Assembly: GCA_040954595.2 (NCBI GenBank)
Contig: CM082589.2
Span: forward strand, 5,203,086 to 5,267,085
Source of the DNA: Balanoglossus misakiensis
Lineage: Eukaryota > Animalia > Hemichordata
DNA: 64,000 nt
Direction: 5' to 3'
Positions 1 through 11,100 of the stretch are shown piece by piece. The first letter of the stretch is position 1. Every line of letters begins with the position of its first letter. A model generated the notes under the pieces. The model searched no databases and had not been told where the DNA came from. It saw only the letters and a list, made by a program, of their open reading frames with translations. A program made the translations under genes and the position numbers.

Positions 1-307
1 GGGTTATCACATTGGCCACCCCATACACCATTTGGGTTTCGGCATTTTCCACTTGTCCAGAATTCTTCCGTGTCTTTGTACGCCTGAGCGTTGATGTAGT
101 TGATGACGTTGGTTTCTTCGACTGATGTCTCAAACTTGACTAGATTCCCACTACGTGACTTGCACCAGTCAATAGCCTCTTGCCAATATTTGAGTTCACT
201 TCGTTCAGCTTGAAACCAATAACACTTATCACCTACTGGCACAGTGCGGGCTGGTTGATCGGCAATGTCCAGTATTGTCGGACATCCCACAGCAGCGGAA
301 TCGGCTC
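1..307 (-). CDS. Lectin gene 1 exon 2 (CTLD N-terminal half, truncated by the window edge)
   Basis: Motifs CP...CYWF...W.EA..WC...G.LV.FET..E and FWTSGKC; not in the supplied ORF track. Confidence 0.9.
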
Positions 308-1050
308 CTGTTTCCAGAACAAACAACAAACAAACAAACGTCCGTTTTTGTTAACCAAATTGATTTCCATCAACATACAAGTATTAGACGACTGCCGAAG
401 GCGTACTAAAGATAAGTTTTTTTTATTTATGTAGTTTTTGCAGGGGTTTCTTTTAAGGGGATTTTACTGACAATGCAAAGGCAATAAACAAAATTAGCAA
501 CATGGCAATCAACATGATAACTGCATATGCACACACCACTTTCTGGTCAAATCGATCTGATACTGCTTCATACCGTGGCCCAATCCTGCATATTCTCCGC
601 GTTCAGTGATTTCTCTCTATGTGACTACGTGAACACGAGAGGGTTAAAATGAAGGACATTTTAGAATGGATTGAGATACGTAGCGATTTCTTATTGTGAT
701 AAAAATCGCTTTCCCTGCAGTACAGCTGTACTTGTCACATAGTTATGACATGCAACTGCGACAACTCGTTCGTGCATTATTTGGTACGACCTGCCTTTTT
801 AGTTATTTTCAGAGAGGTCGGCACATATACAGTTATGTGTCGTTGTTCGAGTAGTGACGATACGATGGGTGTGTTGTGGCGATGAAGAAATTAGGAAGTT
901 CTTACCTTGAGTGTGTACAACAGAATTACACATCACCATCACGGACACCACAAACACAAAGTGGATGTCGCGGTGAAGTTGCTCGCCAAAATTCGCTGCC
1001 ATCGGGCTTACCCAGCTCCTGCAGACTGAATGCATCGAGTTGATGAGCAT
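1..1050 (-). CDS. C-type lectin domain protein, gene 1 (5' part only; continues beyond window start). Exons 906-1050 (or 906-1002) and <1-307
   Basis: The first exon encodes (MLINSMHSVCRSWVSP)MAANFGEQLHRDIHFVFVVSVMVMCNSVVHTQ-G, a signal-peptide-like stretch ending at G|GTAAG (phase 1). A CAG acceptor at 310-308 continues in frame: GADSAAVGCPTILDIADQPARTVPVGDKCYWFQAERSELKYWQEAIDWCKSRSGNLVKFETSVEETNVINYINAQAYKDTEEFWTSGKCRNPNGVWGGQCDNP. This is a CTLD N-half, clearly paralogous to the exon at 13352-13678. Confidence 0.88.
906..1050 (-). CDS. Lectin gene 1 exon 1 (signal peptide)
   Basis: Hydrophobic HFVFVVSVMVMC stretch, GT donor at 905-904, phase matches exon 2. The start could be the ATG at 1050 or at 1002. 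Confidence 0.7.
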
Positions 1051-3551
1051 CTCCGTACATGGAACAAAACCAGAAGTTGACCTAGTTCGGTGCCATTACG
1101 CAAGTGTGGCTATCAGGGCTAATCAAGTCGACGGTACGTTTTAGCTTTAAGAGAGACAGCGATCCCGCGCGGGATACAGCGTTCGGCCTATCACCGACGA
1201 CCAAATATAACTTTATTGACCCCCCAAAAACAAACTGACCCGGATCTTATGACACTTTCGGGATTTTCTCCTCCGATCCACGTGGAAATATTTCTGCATT
1301 CCCATGATTTCTTGATAACAAAAGTTACATCCTTGAAGAAGGTGTTCTTAATCACCGACGTCCTAATCCAGTTCCCCATTTTGATGAGACAATACTCCAC
1401 CTTGAAGGACGTTCCTATGAAGAGAGTTACGATAGTACATGGCGTAGTTCCAGAGAAACAAGAGGAACTTGCTTATCGGTGTCAACGGTTCCTTTCTTAT
1501 ACCGCGCATAATTGAAATTTTCATGGCAATGACTGATGACGTGATTTCTCGATGAGATGACGGTTTATCTTTTAGCTAATATGTAATTAGATTTAAGTGG
1601 CTTATGATACGATATGTCACGGATCACGATCATGTGTTACAAGTTAATTATATAGATACACAGATACGTGGTACATGTATGCGCGAGTGAGTCTGGGATA
1701 AACAGGATCGGAGGCAGGCACATGGGGAAATGGCTGTATACATGTAATTAGTATATTCTACTCAACTCAAACCATCACAATAGTGATCAGCGATCAGCAC
1801 GTTACACTAAATTTTATAAAACGACAAAATATAGTGCCACTAGACTCGTGCCAATCAAAATGTTATAAAACGGCGATTTATCACTTAACAATTCAGGGGA
1901 ATGCGGTATGGCACACTGCATATTTTTTATTCAGTATTTTCTGTATGTTTTCGATGCAGAAGTTGCACTTGACTCCCACTCCAAAATGTTGGCTGTTAAC
2001 TTTTCAGTTTACAATCAAGTTATTACAGCATATACTTATCACTTCTTAAATTTATAGCATGCAATAAACACCAACCTCTTTAGCAGACAGTTGCAAATCT
2101 GACTGTGTAGGGACGCAAAAATAAATCAAACGCGCGGAAAACACCAAAATCAGAACCACCGATGTGTTAAGCCCAGTGTTTGTAAACGTGCAAACTGAAA
2201 TAACCCTATAAGCCTTCACCGTTTCGGATAACGAAGACTGTTTTTATCGTTGAAAGCATGGAAATGCATATTATCAGTATGGTCACAATCGAGTGGCAGT
2301 CGCCAACCACTGGTCCAAGTCAAGTACAAATACACAAATCATCGTGTACCTAAATGTTTGACCTTTGTAATCGCCGAAAGATACCGGGTCTGTGTGCGTT
2401 GCGCGATTAATGTCTCGTAATTGAGACGATACTTGCTATTAGCATAGTCATTACATGAAGCCTGAGGGGACCCTTTCCCTTCTAGCTCCGTGGTTATTCT
2501 CACCAAGAGCATGTATTGTGTGATGTGTCTACTTTAACATACTGAATATATTTACCCGTACTGAAATACAGTCACAGATTAATACGTGAAAAAGTGGTGT
2601 CATTAAATTATGTCATAAATCAAATTTTATAACTATAAAGCTGTGGGCACCAGTTATTCGCTAAAACACATAATGAAGTGCTGGGTGAGGGCGCTCATCA
2701 GGTCAAATTATATGTTCATCGTATGGAGAATGGTGTTATAAAAACAACAGAATTGCTAGGCTATACCTGTGTCGTGCAAAAAAAAACAATTTAAATTCAA
2801 TTAAAATTTGCTTTGAGTTAGCCAAAATCCGAGAGATGGAAAAAAGTAACCAAATTTGTCAAATTAACATTTAACACAATTTTAGGGCCAATTTGTGATT
2901 ATAAGTGGACGTGTCAATAGACATCCAGGCACAATTGTTCAATGACAGAATGTGGTATATTGTTTAATCTACCAGCAAAACGCAATGTAAGCCTTTCCTC
3001 ACATATGTAAATTTGTGGTACACAAATTAAACACCAGACTCTCCCTCGCATGCAAATATCAATGCGGGGTCATTGTTTAACTTTATGCAATTTCATACGG
3101 TTGTTGTGGCAGAAATAATATTTAACCACGACAGTAAGTACAGTGTAATGTTTTTACTCGATCTACATACATCTGTATGACTTTTTTTACATAAGCTTAA
3201 CGTTTATCCCTGTGTCTGGAGTAAGCAGAGAATTAACTCAGACTGGTGCTGACTTCTAGTAAACTACCTGCCTCAATACGGTACGTTTGGAGGACGAATT
3301 CCTCAAATACAAATTTATTTATTTATGTTTTTTTATTATCACGATAATATTCTTAAAACGTCTGATGAATTTCTGGTGGCCAGACATTGCACACGCGTGG
3401 TGTAATGATCAAAAAAGCCCTGTCGCTCTAGTTAAATGCACGTCCGATATGTTGGTGTAGAATAAACTTATAGAAAACAGTATTATGTATCATAATTTGT
3501 TTCTTTCTCCGTTTAATCTCAGTGCTCAGTTGAACAGGAAGATTTCGAAGA

Positions 3552-3630
3552 ATGAAGCGTAGATATATCGTGTTATGTGTAACAATCCTTTGTCTGGTGA
3601 CAACATTATTGGTCATGCCAAGAATGTTTG
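3552..3630 (+). CDS. Sulfotransferase exon 1 (cytoplasmic KRR plus TM anchor)
   Basis: ATG at 3552, basic residues then about 18 hydrophobic residues, donor GTGAGT at 3631. Confidence 0.8.
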
Positions 3631-5083
3631 GTGAGTATCATATCGTGTGACCTTTACACAAGGTAGTTAACGGGTTATGAGAGAGACAGGCAGTCAGACA
3701 GAAAGACAGACCACATATTACAAGTATATTTCAGTTACATGTGAAGACAACAGTTTTCCATGCCCAGGTCGTGTGCGCGCATCACGACCACGTGGATCAT
3801 TATGTCATCTTCTTACGAGGGATGGCCAATCATTCGCAGAACAGCCGTCTGAATTACCCAAAATACTATATCAGATATTTTAGACTTTGTACTTTCACAG
3901 TAAGGTTTATACTGTATAGTCAGGGTCAGTGAATTTGTCATTGTTATGGACGTCTGGAAGTCTTTCTCTCTCACCTTTGGACAGTCTGCTAATTCAAAGC
4001 TTCGTATTTGACATTCTAGGTTTTTCTAAAAGTGACAATTTAACATGGAATAAAATAAAGGAATCGACCTCAAGTAGTGATCAGGTAAGATCAATGGTTC
4101 ATATAGACAGTAGATGGTTGGAGTTATTTAATCGATTAAAGTTATTCTGAAAGTGTCAGATATTAGGGTTTTTTTTATTAAAAAGAAGGCTGAACGCACT
4201 TATCCAATTAACAGACTATTTTCTTTCATAGGCTATCTTTCCGGGCGACATGTCTACGACTCTGAACAATTCACTGCAGAGAGAGATCCATCGAGAAAGA
4301 AGACTCGCCGTGGAACTTGCTTGCAAGCGTTTCAGGACCAACGGAACAGACAAGACGGATGCAACGAAACCAAGGTCAGATATTGACCTTGACGGCAAGG
4401 TCATGGTCGTCAGTGACGAACTGAGAATAGTGTTCTGCCTCATCGCCAAAGTTGGGGCGAGCAACTGGAGACAGACCTTTCTGAAAATTGTCGGTTCTTG
4501 GAAACCCAACGTTGGAGCATTCGCCCAGCCCATCAAACACCTGGGTAGTTACAACCAGCGAGAGCAAGCGTATGTGTTAGAAAACTATACCAAGATCATG
4601 TTTGTACGACATCCATTCGAACGATTGCTGTCTGCATTCCTCGACAAATTCATAGAAACGCCATCTTCGCTCTATTTGCAAATGTATGGCGAGGCAATAA
4701 GAGACACTCCTGACCAAAATGGATCGGTAAATGCTAATCTGACCTTTGACAAATTTGTTTCATTTTCACTTGGTGCAAGCAGTTCAGACCGACACTGGCA
4801 GTCATATTCGAAGTCCTGTGATCCCTGTGACATAAAATATGACTATATTGGAAAGTTTGATACTCTAAATGATGATATCAATTACATATTCACCGCAGAA
4901 AATCGCACGATAGACTTTGAAAGTAGTCCCGGACATGCAACGGGCAGCTCCAACCGAATTGAGAAGTTCTACAGCCAACTGAGTAAGGAGCAAGTGCTTA
5001 AACTGTATGAAATGTATTATGAGGACTTCATACTGTTCGGACATCCCTTCCCAAGTCTCTATCTTCGTTTGGCTAAGAATTGA
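3552..5083 (+). CDS. Carbohydrate sulfotransferase (Sulfotransfer_2 family; CHST11/CHST8-14/HNK-1ST-like). Exons 3552-3630, possibly 3735-3767, 4020-4084, 4232-5083
   Basis: Exon 1 MKRRYIVLCVTILCLVTTLLVMPRMF-G|GTGAGT is a type II Golgi anchor. Stem exon 4020-4084 runs phase 1 to phase 0. The catalytic exon carries the 5'-PSB-like CLIAKVGASNW, the 3'-PB FVRHPFERLLSAF, DRHWQ, CDPCDIKYDYIGKFDTL and YYEDFILFGH. AATAAA at 5176-5181. Confidence 0.9.
4020..4084 (+). CDS. Sulfotransferase stem exon
   Basis: TAG acceptor and CAG|GTAAGA donor. It supplies the phase 1 to phase 0 change needed to join exon 1 to the catalytic exon. Confidence 0.7.
4232..5083 (+). CDS. Sulfotransferase catalytic exon
   Basis: ttctttcatag acceptor; matches ORF 4250-5083 with PAPS-binding motifs. 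Confidence 0.93.
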   Translation, partial: AIFPGDMSTTLNNSLQREIHRERRLAVELACKRFRTNGTDKTDATKPRSDIDLDGKVMVVSDELRIVFCLIAKVGASNWRQTFLKIVGSWKPNVGAFAQPIKHLGSYNQREQAYVLENYTKIMFVRHPFERLLSAFLDKFIETPSSLYLQMYGEAIRDTPDQNGSVNANLTFDKFVSFSLGASSSDRHWQSYSKSCDPCDIKYDYIGKFDTLNDDINYIFTAENRTIDFESSPGHATGSSNRIEKFYSQLSKEQVLKLYEMYYEDFILFGHPFPSLYLRLAKN

Positions 5084-5607
5084 ACCTGCAGTTTTTATCA
5101 CAGTCTTGCTTTGGTATCTGCCGTTTGCTTTTGGCGTCTCCATATTTGTCCACACTCTAATTTATCATACTATCAAATAAAACCAATATTTCGGCAAAGG
5201 GACAGGGTCGCCCTGTTTTGACATTATTTTTATGTTTCTCCCTTGACTTGACGTTCGTCACGTTCTTCTCCTTGGGAACAAACACCGCCACCTACGACGA
5301 CTGCCACGCAAGTTGTAATGCCGTGACATTGGACCAGAACCCCTTTATCCAGTACATGTACTGATATGGCTATTCGTATCGTAAGATAAGGATGCCTTTA
5401 TCTGTGTGAAGCTTGGGAAACAATAGGAACGAGTTCAACGTGCAAATTTTATCTACATGGCTGGTGACGTTGTGTTTTCCATGGTGCAGAACTGTATGGT
5501 CATTCTCTATCGACGCCGTGGCCGCTACTGGTAAGTTTGACCCGGAAGCAAAGCAACACGCCAACAAACAATATGGTCGCCTCAATGGAAAGACATTGAA
5601 ATCAATG

Positions 5608-5802
5608 ATAGCATATCTAGAAACAGTCATAATTGAATCGTGTTAAGAATTCTTCAGTTCCTAAAGTTTGAAATGACTTCTGGGCTTACGCGTTTTCACA
5701 TAGCATATCTAGATAGCATATCTCGAAATAGTCATAATTGATCAATCGTGTTAATAATTCTTCAGTTTCTGAAATGACTTCTGGGCTTACGCGTTTTCAC
5801 AT
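5608..5802. repeat. Diverged tandem duplication of about 95-100 bp (2 copies)
   Basis: atagcatatct.gaaa.agtcataattg...gaaatgacttctgggcttacgcgttttcacat occurs twice back to back. Confidence 0.8.
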
Positions 5803-6442
5803 TCATCATACGTAAGCAGTAAAACAACAACACAAATAATTACTGAACCATTTTGCTTTTAAAATAATATATAAACTGTACAATTTGTAACTGAATTCCA
5901 ACGTTTTCGCTTATCAAACATTCGGTCTCTGGGGGCGCTTGTTTGCGAAAACACCATTTGAATGATACACTGATTGTAATTGGGCAATAGGAGTTTTAGA
6001 AATTTTACTACTTCTGTAGCGAATACTTGGAATTGTGTTGAAAACTCAAAATAGATGAGCGTATGTTTAATAAATATATACAGGACTCTATAAATATGAA
6101 TATAGTCATTTCAGGTCTCCCATCAGATTCTAATTTTAATAGTCAGCGTCCTGCGAACTGCACCAGTATCATGGGCAAGTTTGAACATCTTGCAAACTTC
6201 CTTGATTCACAGATGCCAAGTCGCGGATCTTCTGACGACATTCAATGATGGTGTGACAGTCATACGGGGTGTTTGTTATTCTCGTCGTGCACGGCGATGG
6301 CTGAAATCGTCGAAGTAGCTGGTCTGGTCCCCTGCCCCATTTTCGCCGCTGGCTGCGCTGCACTACAGGGAAAGTAGCACAGCACCAGTACTGAGGTGAG
6401 TTTCCCGCTCACGCGCGGGGATAGTTCTCGTTACCATGGATT

Positions 6443-6737
6443 CTAAGTGACAACATCATTCTCTTCACCAAAACTACCACCAACTACGCCTTTGTAATCG
6501 AAAGTTTCGGTAGTTCTGCCCCCTTCCAAATGTGACATCGGATTCGATTTGTTCAAATTCACTCTCGGTATTGATGGGCAGTCATACGATTGGTCGTAAT
6601 CAAAAATTATCGGAGTCCTCTCCTCAGACATTCGTTTTATCTTCGCAATATTTATATCATCGCCAGAAAGCCCAGATGAGTTCAGTCGATCGTCAGTTTT
6701 GTCTTGGACAGACTCCTGGTCACGCTTTTTCTTTTTC
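6443..6737 (-). CDS. Gene 2 exon 8 (cytoplasmic tail, stop TAG at 6445-6443)
   Basis: Phase-2 acceptor gives RKKKKRDQES...FDYDQSYDCP...FDYKGV...DVVT*. Confidence 0.8.
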
Positions 6738-8068
6738 CTGCAAAATGGATATAACATCCGTTTACTATCACCTTTGCAAGAGGAGAATTTATGACAAAAA
6801 ATCGTTTATTCGTTGATAGTTTTGAAAGACTAGGTATTAGCGTTAAAATTAGATATTTCAAAACTTACCTTTTGAGAAGTACTAAGAGGATAATGAAAAA
6901 CAAGAATGTAGCAGAAACTCCGGCAGACGTTACCCCTACGGCTACCCAGAACCCTGAATTCATAAAAGAGTGAGGCAAATTAAGTGATTTCGCGCAATTT
7001 ATGGACTGTGGCCTATTGTTATGAAATACATGTAAATCGAATCGATGGCAATGCCTTTCACATCACAACCCATGATCTTGGAAATTCGTATACTGATGCG
7101 CCCTCAACCGTGACAGTGGCATGATCAATATATGGTGATAAGTTTGCGACGGCGGCGAGCGGGGCTGCGAGCGAGTCTAGCTTTACTCAAATCGTGAAAT
7201 AATACACAATGACGAACATGTTTTTTCACGCCTATATCAACAAATACTTGCCTGTAGCTCTTGACAATCCGTTGTCTGTGGGCTCAGAAGTATTCGTCTG
7301 AGATTCAGATACGTTGGCAGGGGTCGAAGTGGGATATGTCATTTCACGGCTGCTACTTGACCTCTCATTGGGCGCGGTCGGTGTTCGAGTATTCGCCTCT
7401 ACACTCCTCGATTCTGTAGATTCCTCAGTTGTGGTTGGTTCTATCGTTGTTGTATCGATTGGTGTTGTGGTCGATTCCTCAGTTGTGTACTGCGATGTTG
7501 TTGTGGGTAACACAGTTGTTGATTCGGTTGTTGTTTGTTGTGATGTGGTTGGCCGATCTGTTGTGATTCTTGTCGTCGTTGGTTCTAACGTCGTTGTATC
7601 GATTGGTGTTGTGATCGATTCCTCAGTTGTGTACTGTGCTGTTGTTGTTGGAAACACAGTTGTTGATTCGGTTGTTGTTTGTTGTGATGTGGTTGGCCGA
7701 TCTGTTGTCATGCTTGTTGTCGTTGGTTCTAACGTCGTTGTATCGATTGGTGTTGTGGTCGATTCCTCAGTTGTGTACTGTGCTGTTGTTGTTGGAAACA
7801 CAGTTGCTGATTCGGTTGTTGTTTGTTGTGATGTGGTTGGCCGATCTGTTGTGATTCTTGTTGTCGTTGGTTCTAACGTCGTTGTATCGATTGGTGTTGT
7901 GGTCGATTCCTCAGTTGTGTACTGTGCTGTTGTTGTTGGAAACACAGTTGTTGATTCGGTTGTTGTTTGAAGTGATGTGGTTGGCCGATCTGTTGTGATT
8001 CTTGTCGTCGTTGGTTCTAACGTTGTTGTGTCGATTGGTGTTGTGGTCGATTCCTCAGTTGTGTACTG

Positions 8069-8111
<43 letters not shown>

Positions 8112-11100
8112 GGAAACACAGTTGTTGATTCGGTTGTTGTTTGTTGTGATGTGGTTGGCCGATCTGTTGTGATTCTTGTTGTCGTTGGTTCTAACGTCGT
8201 TGTATCGATTGGTGTTGTGATAGATTCCTCAGTTGTGTACTGTGCTGTTGTTGTTGGAAATACAGTTGTTGATTCGGTTGTTGTTTGTTGTGATGTGGTT
8301 GGCCGATCTGTTGTGATTCTTGTTGTCGTTGGTTCTAACGTCGTTGTATCGATTGGTGTTGTGGTCGATTCCTCAGTTGTGTACTGCGATGTTGTTGTGG
8401 GTAACACAGTTGTTGATTCTGGCGTTGTTTGTTGTGATGTGGTTGGCCGATCTGTTGTGATTCTTGTTGTCGTTGGTTCTAACGTCGTTGTATCGATTGG
8501 TGTTGTGGTCGATTCCTCAGTTGTGTACTGCGATGTTGTCGTGGGTAACACAGTTGTTGATTCTGGCGTTGTTTGTTGTGATGTGGTTGGCCGATCTGTT
8601 GAGATTCTTGTTGTCGTTGGTTCCAACGTCGTTGTATCGATTGGTGTTGTGGTCGATTCCTCAGTTGTGTACTGCGATGTTGTTGTGGGTAACACAGTTG
8701 TTGATTCGGTTGTTGTTTGTTGTGATGTGGTTGGCCGATCTGTTGTGATTCTTGTTGTCGTTGGTTCTAACGTCGTTGTATAGATGGGTGTTGTGGTCGA
8801 TTCCTCAGTTGTGTACTGCGATGTTGTTGTGGGTAACACAGTTGTTGATTCTGGCGTTGTTTGTTGTGATGTGGTTGGCCGATCTGTTGTGATTCTTGTT
8901 GTCGTTGGTTCTAACGTCGTTGTATCGATTGGTGTTTTGGTCGATTCCTCAGTTGTGTACTGCGATGTTGTTGTGGGTAACACAGTTGTTGATTCGGGTG
9001 TTGTTTGTTGTGATGTGGTTGGCCGATCTGTTGTGATGCTTGATGTGGTTGGTTCTAACGTCGTTGTATCGATTGGTGTTGTGGTCGATTCCTCAGTTGT
9101 GTACTGTGCTGTTGTTGTTGGAAACACAGATGTTGATTCGGTTGTTGTTTGTTGTGATGTGGTTGGCCGATCTGTTGTGATTCTTGATGTAGTTGGTTCT
9201 AACGTCGTTGTATCGATTGGTGTTGTGGTCGATTGCTCATTTGTGTACTGCGATGTTGTTGTGGGTAACACAGTTGTTGATTCGGTTGTTGTTTGTTGTG
9301 ATGTGGTTGGCCGATCTGTTGTGATTCTTGTTGTCGTTGGTTCTAACGTCGTTGTATAGATGGGTGTTGTGGTCGATTCCTCAGTTGTGTACTGCGATGT
9401 TGTTGTGGGTAACACAGTTGTTGATTCTGGCGTTGTTTGTTGTGATGTGGTTGGCCGATCTGTTGTGATTCTTGTTGTCGTTGGTTCTAACGTCGTTGTA
9501 TCGATTGGTGTTTTGGTCGATTCCTCAGTTGTGTACTGCGATGTTGTTGTGGGTAACACAGTTGTTGATTCGGGTGTTGTTTGTTGTGATGTGGTTGGCC
9601 GATCTGTTGTGATGCTTGATGTGGTTGGTTCTAACGTCGTTGTATCGATTGGTGTTGTGGTCGATTCCTCAGTTGTGTACTGTGCTGTTGTTGTTGGAAA
9701 CACAGATGTTGATTCGGTTGTTGTTTGTTGTGATGTGGTTGGCCGATCTGTTGTGATTCTTGATGTAGTTGGTTCTAACGTCGTTGTATCGATTGGTGTT
9801 GTGGTCGATTGCTCATTTGTGTACTGCGATGTTGTTGTGGGTAACACAGTTGTTGATTCGGTTGTTGTTTGTTGTGATGTGGTTGGCCGATCTGTTGTGA
9901 TTCTTGATGTGGTTGGTTCTAACGTCGTTGTATCGATTGGTGTTGTGGTCGATTCCTCAGTTGTGTACTGTGCTGTTGTTGTTGGAAACACAGTTGTTGA
10001 TTCTGGCGTTGATTGTTGTGATGTGGTTGGCCGATCTGTTGTGATTCTTGATGTAGTTGGTTCTAACGTCGTTGTATCGATTGGTGTTGTGGTCGATTCC
10101 TCAGTTGTGTACTGTGCTGTTGTTGTTAGAAACACAGATGTTGATTCGGTTGTTGTTTGTTGTGATGTGGTTGGCCGATCTGTTGTGATTCTTGTTGTCG
10201 TTGGTTCTAACGTCGTTGTATCGATTGGTGTTGTGGTCGATTCCTCAGTTGTGTACTGCGATGTTGTTGTGGGTAACACAGTTGTTGATTCTGGCGTTGT
10301 TTGTTGTGATGTGATTGGCCGATCTGTTGTGATTCTTGTTGTCGTTGGTTCTAACGTCGTTGCATCGATTGGTGTTGTGGTCGATTCCTCAGTTGTGTAC
10401 TGAGATGTTGTTGTGGGTAACACAGTTGTTGATTCTGGCGTTGTTTGTTGTGATGTGGTTGGCCGATCTGTTGTGATTCTTGTTGTCGTTGGTTCTAACG
10501 TCGTTGTATCGATTGGTGTTGTGGTCGATTCCTCAGTTGTGTACTGCGATGTTGTTGTGGGTAACACAGTTGTTGATTCGGGTGTTGTTTGTTGTGATGT
10601 GGTTGGCCGACCTGTTGTGATGCTTGATGTGGTTGGTTCTAACGTCGTTGTATCGATTGGCGTTGTGGTCGATTCCTCAGTTGTGTACTGCGATGTTGTT
10701 GTGGGTAACACAGTTGTTGATTCGGTTGTTGTTTGTTGTGATGTGGTTGGCCGATCTGTTGTGATTCTTGTCGTCGTTGGTTCTAACGTCGTTGTATCGA
10801 TTGGTGTTGTGATCGATTCCTCAGTTGTGTACTGTGCTGTTGTTGTTGTTGGAAACACAGTTGTTGATTCGGTTGTTGTTTGTTGTGATGTGGTTGGCCG
10901 ATCTGTTGTCATGCTTGTTGTCGTTGGTTCTAACGTCGGTGTATCGATTGGTGTTGTGGTCGATTCCTCAGTTGTGTACTGTGCTGTTGTTGTTGGAAAC
11001 ACAGATGTTGATTCGGTTGTTGTTTGTTGTGATGTGGTTGGCCGATCTGTTGTGATTCTTGATGTGGTTGGTTCTAACGTCGTTGTATCGATTGGTGTTG

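Noticed and set aside
6400-6424. gtttcccgctcacgcgcggggatag resembling a type I-E CRISPR repeat
   Set aside because: Single copy in a eukaryotic 3' flank; coincidental.
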